This document shows positions 56,354 to 64,000 of a DNA stretch of 64,000 nucleotides, piece by piece. The position numbers were made by a program, and so were the translations under genes. Origin of the DNA: Dehalococcoidia bacterium (GTDB lineage Bacteria; Chloroflexota; Dehalococcoidia; Bin125); contig OY820591.1 in NCBI GenBank assembly GCA_963555985.3, positions 2,080,001 through 2,144,000 of the forward strand, in the 5' to 3' direction. Under the pieces are notes generated by a model. The model saw nothing but the letters and a program-made list of their open reading frames with translations. It did not search any database and was not told the DNA's origin. Every line of letters starts with the position of its first letter. Within the stretch, counting starts at the first letter, position 1.

Positions 56354-57478
56354 CTATTCGACAATCCCATAAGCGCGCTTGAGCGCCAGAATCCGCTCCG
56401 CCGATTCGTAGATGCGCTCCTCCGAAATCTCCCCCGCTTCCACCGCCGCCAGAATTGCCTCTTTGATCTCCGCGAGCTGCCCCAAGTCATAGCCCGGGCT
56501 CTGATTCGTGGCCAGCAGCACGTCCGCCCCCGCGAGAATCGCGGCCACCGCCGCCCCGCCCAACCCGTACTGCTCCACAATCGCCGCATACATCACGTCG
56601 TCCGACACAATCACTCCCTCGAAGCCCAACTCGTCGCGCAGCACACCGGCGACGATCGCCGGCGACAACGAAGCCGGCCTGCCGCTGGAATCGAGCACGC
56701 GATTGACCACGTGCGAGACGAAGATCGCGTCGTCGTAGCCGTCGGCGATCAACGCCCGATAAGGCGATAACTCGACATCATGCTGATACGTCTCCGACAC
56801 ATCGGGAATCCCTCGATGCCTCACGCCGGCGTCGCTCCCGTGACCGGGAAAGTGCTTCAAGATCGGAATCACGCCGCCGTCCCGCAGCGCGCCGGCAAAG
56901 GCCGCCGCGTGCGCCGCGACCACCTCGGGATCCGCGCTGAATGAGCGCTCCAGCCCGCCAATCGAGGGGCTGTCGGCGACCAAGTTGACATCCACGACCG
57001 GCGCGAAGTTCCAGTTGATGCCCAACTTGGCGAGTTCCGTTGCCAAGTCAGCGGCAATCGATTCGGTCTCCGAGATTGGCCCAGCTCCAAGCGCCTGATG
57101 GCTTGGCACAACGACTCGGAATCCGTAGCGCTCCTTCAATCGATGCACCACCCCGCCCTCGGCGTCGACGGCGATGAAATAGGCGACGTGCGCCTGGTCT
57201 TGCAGCGCGGCGATCAGGTCGCGCAACTGCTCAGGTGAGGCGATGTTGCGCTCGGCTACGCCGTCGGAGGGAAAGTCGCGGTCGTAGAGGATGACGCCGC
57301 CCGGACGCACTTCGTCCAGTATGGCGCGCACGTCCGTATCGAGCGTCTCGCCGCGAAAGCCAACCAGCAGCATCTGCCCCACAGCGTCTTCGAGCGACAA
57401 CGAGTCATCGTCGCCGCAGCCGACGAGAGCTACCGCCGCAATCAGCAGTCCGGCAAGGACAAGGAGCGTCCGCTTCAC
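56354..57478 (-). CDS. GH3 glycoside hydrolase (NagZ-like) lipoprotein
   Basis: LVGC lipobox, VDAEGG, NFAPVVD, KHFPGHG, IVSDD. Confidence 0.82.
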   Translation of the reverse strand: MKRTLLVLAGLLIAAVALVGCGDDDSLSLEDAVGQMLLVGFRGETLDTDVRAILDEVRPGGVILYDRDFPSDGVAERNIASPEQLRDLIAALQDQAHVAYFIAVDAEGGVVHRLKERYGFRVVVPSHQALGAGPISETESIAADLATELAKLGINWNFAPVVDVNLVADSPSIGGLERSFSADPEVVAAHAAAFAGALRDGGVIPILKHFPGHGSDAGVRHRGIPDVSETYQHDVELSPYRALIADGYDDAIFVSHVVNRVLDSSGRPASLSPAIVAGVLRDELGFEGVIVSDDVMYAAIVEQYGLGGAAVAAILAGADVLLATNQSPGYDLGQLAEIKEAILAAVEAGEISEERIYESAERILALKRAYGIVE

Positions 57479-57945
57479 TGCGCGTCAAGCCACTGGCGGG
57501 TCATCTCCGCGTGGCCGACATGCTCGGCGGTGTGCGCCAGCGCCCGATCGACCAGCTCGTACCCGCTCAGATTCCGGTCCATGAACAGGTGATAGTGCGG
57601 GCCGTCCCAAGCCTCATCGGAGAGTCCGACTAGCGCCGACTCAATCGATGCTTTCGCTCCGGCCCAACGTTCGGCGAGCAGACCCTGTGGGTCATCGAAC
57701 GATGCCGCCCGCGAGTCGAACTCGGCCTGGCGGCTGCGGTCGAGCTGCTCACCCGCGAGCACTTCCACGATGTTCCATTCGGTCGCCGAGATCGCATGGG
57801 TGGCGAGGATGAACATCGTTGAAGCGTCGTCCCAGGGCGCGGTGTCGAGCTGTGCGGTCGTGAGCCCGTCGGCGGCGGCGAGGATGCGCTCGACTAGTTC
57901 GCAGGCGGTCTCGAATGCGGGCAGAGCGGGTCCGGTCAGGGGCAT
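57475..57945 (-). CDS. DinB/DUF664-like protein
   Basis: LATHA...HTAEHVGH metal-binding pattern. Confidence 0.7.
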   Translation of the reverse strand: MPLTGPALPAFETACELVERILAAADGLTTAQLDTAPWDDASTMFILATHAISATEWNIVEVLAGEQLDRSRQAEFDSRAASFDDPQGLLAERWAGAKASIESALVGLSDEAWDGPHYHLFMDRNLSGYELVDRALAHTAEHVGHAEMTRQWLDAQ

Positions 57946-58052
57946 CAGCGTCTTCCAATCTGCTGCCTATACTCCGACTGGCTGCGTGAGTACCCGCAGT
58001 GTATTCGGCGGCGCTCCCAAAACGTGCACCGCCTCCGGATAAGGACATCCCG

Positions 58053-58982
58053 ATGAAAGCCGATCCCCAGACCATCGCGCTGAACGAAATGATCGAAGCC
58101 GCCTCGGCGCAGGGCAAGCCTTGGCACGAGATGGAGCCGCAGGAGCTGCGCGACGTGCTCGCCGAGGGCGGCCCGTTCGGCCCGCCGCCGCCGCGCCTGG
58201 ACGACATCGCACAGGAACGCAATGTACCGGGCCCGGCCGGCGACATCCCCGTCCGCGTCTTCATTCCGCCCGTCGTGCGCGGCGTCTACCTGCACATCCA
58301 CGGCGGCGGCTGGGTGATCGGCTCCCACGACGGCGCCGACGAGTCCCTCTGGGCGCGCGCCCAGGCCACGCAGCAGGCGGTCGTCTCGGTCGGCTACCGG
58401 CTCTCGCCCGAGCACCCCTATCCCGCGCCCAACGAGGACTGCGAGGCAGCCGCCGTCTGGCTGGTCGAGAACGGTCAGTCGGAGTTCGGCACCGACGTGT
58501 TCACGATCGGCGGCGAGTCGGCGGGCGGCCACCTCTCTGCGACCACCCTGCTGCGAATGCGCGACAACCACGGCTACACCGGTTTCAAAGGCGCAGCCCT
58601 CACCTACGGCGTCTACGACCTCCGCCACTCACCCTCAGCGCGTCTGTGGGGCGACCGCAACCTGATCCTCTCCTCGCCGATCATGGAGTGGTTCATCGAC
58701 CACTACGTCACCCCCGAACAACCCGAACTGCGCGACCTCCCCGACGTCACCCCCCTCCTCGCCGACCTCTCCGACATGCCGCCGGCCATCTTCACCGTCG
58801 GAACCCTCGATCCCCTGCTCGACGACAGCCTCTTCATGGCCGCCCGCTGGCAAGCCGCCGGCCACGAGACCGAGCTCCACGTTTTCCCCGAAGCCCCCCA
58901 CGGCTTCGACGGCTTCCCCACGCCGGCGGGGATGGACGCGACCAATCGGGTCAACAACTTCCTCTCAGGCTGTTTGGGGTAG
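58053..58982 (+). CDS. HSL-family esterase/lipase
   Basis: HGGGW, YRLSPEH, GESAGG, DPLLDD, HGF. Confidence 0.92.
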   Translation: MKADPQTIALNEMIEAASAQGKPWHEMEPQELRDVLAEGGPFGPPPPRLDDIAQERNVPGPAGDIPVRVFIPPVVRGVYLHIHGGGWVIGSHDGADESLWARAQATQQAVVSVGYRLSPEHPYPAPNEDCEAAAVWLVENGQSEFGTDVFTIGGESAGGHLSATTLLRMRDNHGYTGFKGAALTYGVYDLRHSPSARLWGDRNLILSSPIMEWFIDHYVTPEQPELRDLPDVTPLLADLSDMPPAIFTVGTLDPLLDDSLFMAARWQAAGHETELHVFPEAPHGFDGFPTPAGMDATNRVNNFLSGCLG

Positions 58983-58987
58983 CCAAG

Positions 58988-59029
58988 CTCTCCCCCTTTG
59001 GGGGAGATGTCGCGGAGCGACAGAGGGGG
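58988..59029 (+). repeat. Double-hairpin REP-like element, downstream flank of DUF559 gene
   Basis: CTCTCCCCCTTTGGGGGAGA-TGTCGCGGAGCGACA-GAGGGGG. Confidence 0.8.
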
Positions 59030-59036
59030 CTGCCCG

Positions 59037-59396
59037 CTAAAGCAACTCGGCTCCAATTCGGTCCACCACCGCCTCAAGGTCTCGATGAACCTCGTCGTTC
59101 CAGAATCGGAGCACGCGATCACCCATTGCCTCCAGGTACTGAGTACGTTCGGTGTCGTGTTCCGTCCGCTCTGAATGTTGACCACCGTCCAGTTCAACGA
59201 TCAGTTTCTCAGGGACGCAGGCAAAGTCCGCAACATAGCGACCAATCGGATGTTGCCGCCGGAACCGGTAACCAGCAAGTTGGCGGCGGCGTAGCCGACC
59301 CCAGAGCAGTACTTCTGCGTCGGTAGCGTTCGAGCGCAGTTTTCTGGCAAATCCGATTTGCTCTCGAGGCGCATACTCGTAGTCGCGTTGTGCCAT
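59037..59396 (-). CDS. DUF559 / Vsr-like PD-(D/E)xK endonuclease domain protein
   Basis: ARKLRSNATDAE..LW..LR, FRRQHPIGRYVADF, LIVELDGGQH, RVLRFWN. Confidence 0.9.
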   Translation of the reverse strand: MAQRDYEYAPREQIGFARKLRSNATDAEVLLWGRLRRRQLAGYRFRRQHPIGRYVADFACVPEKLIVELDGGQHSERTEHDTERTQYLEAMGDRVLRFWNDEVHRDLEAVVDRIGAELL

Positions 59397-59416
59397 TGTC
59401 GACGCCTCGGCCAGCT

Positions 59417-59455
59417 CCCTCCGCCCCTACGGGGCACCTCCCCCAGAGAGGAAGG
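59417..59455 (-). repeat. Double-hairpin REP-like element, upstream flank of DUF559 gene (inverted)
   Basis: Reverse complement CCTTCCTCTCTGGGGGAGG-TGCCCCGTAGGGGCG-GAGGG. Confidence 0.75.
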
Positions 59456-59464
59456 TCTTGAGAG

Positions 59465-61090
59465 CTAATTCACCCGCTTCTCCACACCTTCCCAGTACGC
59501 CTCGCGCAACTCGAACTTCTTCAGCTTGCCCGTCGCCGTGCGCGGCAGCGTCTCCACAAACTCCACCCGACGCGGAATCTTGAAACCCGCCATCGTCGCC
59601 CGACAGTGCGCGACGATATCGTCCCTCGTCACATCATGACCCTCCCGGGGCACAATCAGCGCCAGCGGCGTCTCACCCCACTGCTCTGAGGGAATCCCGA
59701 TCACCGCCGCCTCTAGCACGGCGGGGTGGTCGTACAACACGTCTTCGACCTCGATCGACGAGATGTTCTCGCCGCCGGAGATAATCACGTCTTTCGCCCG
59801 GTCGACGATGTTGATGTAGCCGTCCTGGTTGACCGTGGCCATGTCGCCGGTGTGGAACCAGCCGTCCACGATCACCTTGTCGGTCTCCTCCTGCTGCTCC
59901 CAGTAGCCGCGCAGGACGACGTTGGAGCGGGCGACGACTTCTCCGATCTCGGTGTCGTCCCAGGCGACCTCCTTGCCGGAATCGCGCACGACCTTGACTT
60001 CCACGCCGATCACGTCATGGCCGGCGCGAACCTTGGTGCGGAAGTAGCCGTCCTCATCCACGCCGAGGTACGGCTTGACCTCCGAGACGGTGAGGATCGG
60101 CGAGGTCTCGGTTAGGCCGTAGATCTGGATGAACTCCCAACCCAGTTCCTGCTCCAGGCGCTCGATGAACGCCTGCGGGGGCGGTGCGCCGGCGACCGTG
60201 AAGCGCGGGCGAACGGTGATGTTGTAGTCGTCCTTGGCGCCAAATTCGAGGATGCGCGCAAGCACGGCGGGAGCCATGCACGCAAACGTGCAGCCCTCGT
60301 CCTGGATCAGGCGGTAGATGTCGTGCGCCTCCGGCGCGCGCAGCACTACGTGCTTGCCGCCCATAGCCGTGATCGCGTACACCCCGCCCCAGCCGTTCGC
60401 GTGGAACATCGGCAGCGTCCACAACTCCGCGTCGTCCTGACAGATGCGCAGGTGGGCAATGAAGTTGTAGGCGTTGATGTAGGCGTTGCGATGCGTGATC
60501 ATCACGCCCTTGGGCCGCGCGGTCGTCCCGGAGGTGTAGTTGATCGAGAGCAGGTCGGTTTCGGCCAGCCCCGGATCGGGCGGCTGCGCGGTCGAATGGC
60601 TGCCGATCCAATCCTCGTAGTTCGTCCAGCCCGGATGAATCGGCGCGTCCTCAAAGGGGATGGCGATGAAGTGCTCGACCGTGCTGATTCCCTCTCGAAC
60701 GTCATCGACGAGGTGCAGAAACTCCGCATCGACCAGCACGACCTTCGAGCCGGAATGCTCCAGCATGTACTCGAAGTCGGAGGGCACGAGCCGGTAGTTC
60801 ATCGGTACGATCACTGCGCCGATCGCGGCGGTCGCGTAGAACGTCTCCAGGAACTGGTGCGAGTTGGGCGCGATGATCGCAACCCGATCGCCCTTGCCGA
60901 TCCCGGCCGCGAGCAGAGCATGAGCCTGCTGATTGACGCGAGCGTTGAACTCGGACCAGGTGAGGCGAGCGTCGCGGTCGACGACGGCCTCAGCAGGGCC
61001 GTAGAGCTTCGACGCACGGCGCACAAAATCATTGACCAACAGCGGGACTTCCATCACAAACTCCAATCCGCCGACCTCGTTGACCGCCAT
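59465..61090 (-). CDS. Acyl-CoA synthetase (AMP-forming, fatty-acid--CoA ligase type)
   Basis: YTSGTTARPKG, YGLTE, WFHTGD, DRAKDVIISGGENI, PRTATGK. Confidence 0.93.
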   Translation of the reverse strand: MAVNEVGGLEFVMEVPLLVNDFVRRASKLYGPAEAVVDRDARLTWSEFNARVNQQAHALLAAGIGKGDRVAIIAPNSHQFLETFYATAAIGAVIVPMNYRLVPSDFEYMLEHSGSKVVLVDAEFLHLVDDVREGISTVEHFIAIPFEDAPIHPGWTNYEDWIGSHSTAQPPDPGLAETDLLSINYTSGTTARPKGVMITHRNAYINAYNFIAHLRICQDDAELWTLPMFHANGWGGVYAITAMGGKHVVLRAPEAHDIYRLIQDEGCTFACMAPAVLARILEFGAKDDYNITVRPRFTVAGAPPPQAFIERLEQELGWEFIQIYGLTETSPILTVSEVKPYLGVDEDGYFRTKVRAGHDVIGVEVKVVRDSGKEVAWDDTEIGEVVARSNVVLRGYWEQQEETDKVIVDGWFHTGDMATVNQDGYINIVDRAKDVIISGGENISSIEVEDVLYDHPAVLEAAVIGIPSEQWGETPLALIVPREGHDVTRDDIVAHCRATMAGFKIPRRVEFVETLPRTATGKLKKFELREAYWEGVEKRVN

Positions 61091-61157
61091 TATCGCACTG
61101 CCTCGTCGGGCATCGGCGGTAGCCTAGAATTGCTAATGCGTTCTGAGGGAGGCTGGC

Positions 61158-62555
61158 ATGGAGATCGTGATCGGGCTAGTGATCGGGTTGGCGGTCGGAG
61201 CGCTGATCGCGTTCATCGTCCACCGCCAGGCATCAGCCCTGCGCACTGAATTGGACGAGGCGAAAGAGTCGGCTCTCCGCACCGAGATTGCGAAGACCGA
61301 GGCGCAGAGCGAGGTGGAGGCTCGCAAGCGCGAGGCGGACAACATGCTCGCCGAACGCAACCAGGCGCGTGAGGCATTGGGTTTGCGGGAGCAGGAGCTG
61401 TCGCGCTCGAAATCGCAGCTGGCTGAAGTCCAGGCTGATCATGCTGCGCGGATCGAGGAACTGGACAAGTACCGCGCCGATCTGGAGGAGCGCTTCAGGG
61501 GCATCGCCTCCAGTGTCACCCAATCAACCCGCGAAGACTTCATCAAGGAATTCCGCGACCTGACCAAGCAACAGTCGGATGCGTCCGCCGAACTGGTCGG
61601 CAACACCGTCAAGCCGCTCCAGGAGTCGCTGCAAAAGCTCGATCGAGGCAACCAGGAGCTGGAGAAGGCGCGCGAAAACGCCTACGCAGACCTACGCCGG
61701 ACATTGTTGTCCTCGAACGAAGCGATCGCCACGTTGCAGAGCGCAACCGGCGATCTCCGTGAAGCTCTGCGCTCACCGCAGGTGCGAGGGCTCTGGGGCG
61801 AACAGCAGCTACAGACCGTAATCGAGGCGGCCGGGTTGAGGGAGCACATCGACTACGCCGCTCAGGAAACGCACGGAGCGGCGCGACCCGATGTGATCGT
61901 GCACATTCCCGGAGATCGAAGCGTCGTGATCGACGCTAAGACGCCCTTCGATTCGTACCTCAATGCGCTCGCGGCGGAGGATGACGCGGCCGAACGCAGC
62001 CTGCTCAATCAGCACGCCGCCTCGCTCTATCAACACGCCGGCGATTTGGGCAAAAAGGACTATTCGCAACAGGTGACAGGAGCATTGGACTTCGTGATCT
62101 TGTTCGTCCCCTCTGACGCCATCCTCGACGCCGCCCTCAAAGTCCGCCCCGCGCTCTGGGAGGACTCGTGGCGACAGCACCGCGTCCTCCTCGCCACGCC
62201 CGGCTCGCTAATCGCCTTTCTGCGCGCCGTCGCGCTCGTTTGGCAGCAACAGAAGGTGCAAGAGAACGCTCAAGACATCGCCGACGCCGCCCGTGAACTC
62301 TACGACCGGCTCGGCGTCTACAGCGGTCACGTGCTCAGGATGGGTAATCAGCTCAGCAGCGTGGTCAACACCTACAACCAGTCCGTCGGCTCGTTCCAGT
62401 CAAGAGTCCTCCCGCAGGCGCGTCGGATCGAAGACCTCAGCGAGATCGAACAGTCACGCCGAATCGGGGAACCTGAACCTGTCCTGACCGAGCCGCGAGA
62501 ACTGCGCGCGCCCGAAGTCCGCGAACTGCCGGACAATCTCGAAGCCGCCGACTAA
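61158..62555 (+). CDS. rmuC: DNA recombination protein RmuC
   Basis: N-terminal TM, coiled coil, RGLWGE, RPDVIVHIP, VIDAKTP, DFVILFVP. Confidence 0.9.
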   Translation: MEIVIGLVIGLAVGALIAFIVHRQASALRTELDEAKESALRTEIAKTEAQSEVEARKREADNMLAERNQAREALGLREQELSRSKSQLAEVQADHAARIEELDKYRADLEERFRGIASSVTQSTREDFIKEFRDLTKQQSDASAELVGNTVKPLQESLQKLDRGNQELEKARENAYADLRRTLLSSNEAIATLQSATGDLREALRSPQVRGLWGEQQLQTVIEAAGLREHIDYAAQETHGAARPDVIVHIPGDRSVVIDAKTPFDSYLNALAAEDDAAERSLLNQHAASLYQHAGDLGKKDYSQQVTGALDFVILFVPSDAILDAALKVRPALWEDSWRQHRVLLATPGSLIAFLRAVALVWQQQKVQENAQDIADAARELYDRLGVYSGHVLRMGNQLSSVVNTYNQSVGSFQSRVLPQARRIEDLSEIEQSRRIGEPEPVLTEPRELRAPEVRELPDNLEAAD

Positions 62556-63325
62556 TCCTCAAACGTCATCCGCGTTCGCGGACGCACCGCTCCGTACTTC
62601 CGCAAATCCGCAATCGTCACGATCCGGCCCGTCCAGTCCGGACCCTGGCCAACCATGTACAGGCACGCATCCGACATGATGATCGGATCCTCGAAATCCA
62701 TCTGCTTGGCCTGCTCGCCCAGCGTGAAAGCGTAGCCCTCGCTCCAGACCGACAGCTCCAGCCGCAGACAGTTGACCGAGACCCCGGTGCCGCGCAGGTC
62801 GCTGGCCAGTGATTCGGTCATCGCCTCCAGCGCCCGCTTGGTCGTGGTGTAGCTCGCCCGCCCGAAGTCTGGGCTGACTGCCGCCCCCGAACCGATGTTG
62901 ATGATCGCGCCGCCGTCCGCTTCCGCCATCTTCGGCGCGATCGCATGAGTCAAGTAGAACGGCGCGTTGACATTGATCTCCACCGCCAGCCCCCAACGGT
63001 GGCGCGGCGACTCCAGCGCCTTGCCTGGAGGGGCGATCGCGGCGTTGTTGATCAACACGTCGATCTGCCCGAAGCGCTCGTAGGTCTGCTCGACAGCGCG
63101 ATCGAGGTCTTCCACATTGGCTAGGTTCGCGCCGATCGGCAGACACTCGCGGCCCGCGTCGGCGACCAGCTGCGCCGTCTCGTCCACGGTCCCCGGCAGC
63201 TTGGTGGGCGAGTCGGAGGTGGAGCGCGCAATGGCGGCAATGTCGTAGCCGGCCAGCGCAAAATCCTGCGCGAGTTGCTTGCCGATCCCCCGGCTGGCTC
63301 CGGTGATGAACGCGACTTTGGCCAT
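62552..63325 (-). CDS. SDR family oxidoreductase
   Basis: TGASRGIG, NNAA, YTTTK. Confidence 0.9.
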   Translation of the reverse strand: MAKVAFITGASRGIGKQLAQDFALAGYDIAAIARSTSDSPTKLPGTVDETAQLVADAGRECLPIGANLANVEDLDRAVEQTYERFGQIDVLINNAAIAPPGKALESPRHRWGLAVEINVNAPFYLTHAIAPKMAEADGGAIINIGSGAAVSPDFGRASYTTTKRALEAMTESLASDLRGTGVSVNCLRLELSVWSEGYAFTLGEQAKQMDFEDPIIMSDACLYMVGQGPDWTGRIVTIADLRKYGAVRPRTRMTFED

Positions 63326-63410
63326 GTCTTTGCTCCTCTGATCGGGCGGGCGAGTCCTGCAACGAGTGTCAGGATACTCCCCGTTTAGACTTGCGCGGAG
63401 GAGGACGACG

Positions 63411-64000
63411 ATGCCCCATCACGTCAAGAGCAAGGCCCTCTCGCATCTGCGCATCTGCGATTTCACCGGACAACTGGCCGGCGCGGGAGCCACCAAATTC
63501 ATGGCCGCCTTCGGAGCCGAAATCATCCGGATCGAAGACCCCTCGAACCACGGCCGCTGGGACATCCTGCGCGGGATGCCGCCCTATGTGGACGACCGCC
63601 GCGGCCCTGAGCTGGGCGGGCCGTTCAACAACCACAACGTGGGCAAGCTGGGCATCACGCTCAACATCAAGACCGAAAAGGGGCGCGAGCTGTTCGAGCG
63701 CCTGGTCGCGATCTCGGACTGCGTGACCGAGAACTTCTCCTCCGGCGTGATGCGCTCCTGGGGCTACGACTACGACGCGCTCAAGCAGATCAAGGAAGAC
63801 ATCATCTACGTCTCCAACTGCGGCTTCGGGCACTCGGGGCCGTACGAGAAGTTCAAGACCTGGGGGCCAATCGTCCAGGCGACCAGCGGCCTCACCATGT
63901 CCTCTGCTATCCCCGATCAGCCGCCCGCCGGTTGGGGCTACTCCTACATGGATCACACCGGCGCCTACTTCATGGCGATGGCGATCATGCTAGCGATCCA
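63411..64000 (+). CDS. Family III CoA-transferase (BbsF/CaiB-like), truncated by window end
   Basis: Own translation from ATG 63411: ALSHLRICDFTGQLAGA...GAEIIRIED...NVGKLGITLN...ENFSSG...GFGHSGPY; RBS GGAGGAGG. Confidence 0.9.
   Translation, partial: MPHHVKSKALSHLRICDFTGQLAGAGATKFMAAFGAEIIRIEDPSNHGRWDILRGMPPYVDDRRGPELGGPFNNHNVGKLGITLNIKTEKGRELFERLVAISDCVTENFSSGVMRSWGYDYDALKQIKEDIIYVSNCGFGHSGPYEKFKTWGPIVQATSGLTMSSAIPDQPPAGWGYSYMDHTGAYFMAMAIMLAI

Noticed and set aside
1-64000. tRNA, rRNA, prophage or IS transposase genes
   Set aside because: None recognised by eye; short RNAs could be missed without covariance-model searches.

Overview
High-GC bacterial chromosomal segment. Gene content suggests Chloroflexota (Dehalococcoidia/SAR202-like), possibly host- or sponge-associated: multiple luciferase-like monooxygenases, family III CoA-transferases, SDRs, a Tat-lipoprotein family 5 SBP with a poly-Q linker and a large FN3 surface protein. 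This assignment is inference only. The backbone is catabolic, with many tandem paralogues. Interspersed accessory/defence genes include higB with two higA copies, vapBC, a broken relE, a DUF5678-like/aspartyl-protease pair, two single-chain restriction-modification enzymes, pentapeptide-repeat membrane proteins and a STAS-HATPase-STAS protein. I saw no rRNA, tRNA, CRISPR array or transposase. The most notable signal is non-coding. (1) A small GIY-YIG nuclease gene sits inside seven CGTC-tagged palindromic repeats whose inverted dimers recur elsewhere in the window. (2) A DUF559-type nuclease gene is flanked by inverted copies of a second, double-hairpin repeat family that is also dispersed. 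These are two candidate nuclease-REP systems organised like RAYT/REP but using non-HUH nucleases. Other signals: a third hairpin nested in both repeat families, five dispersed arrays with a 10-bp period, CTAG-bounded MITE-like modules carrying a promoter and small ORF, a relic 3' end of an R-M homologue, and an out-of-frame C13 tract in the signal-peptide region of the FN3 gene. All protein calls come from motif recognition by eye; no database searches were run.
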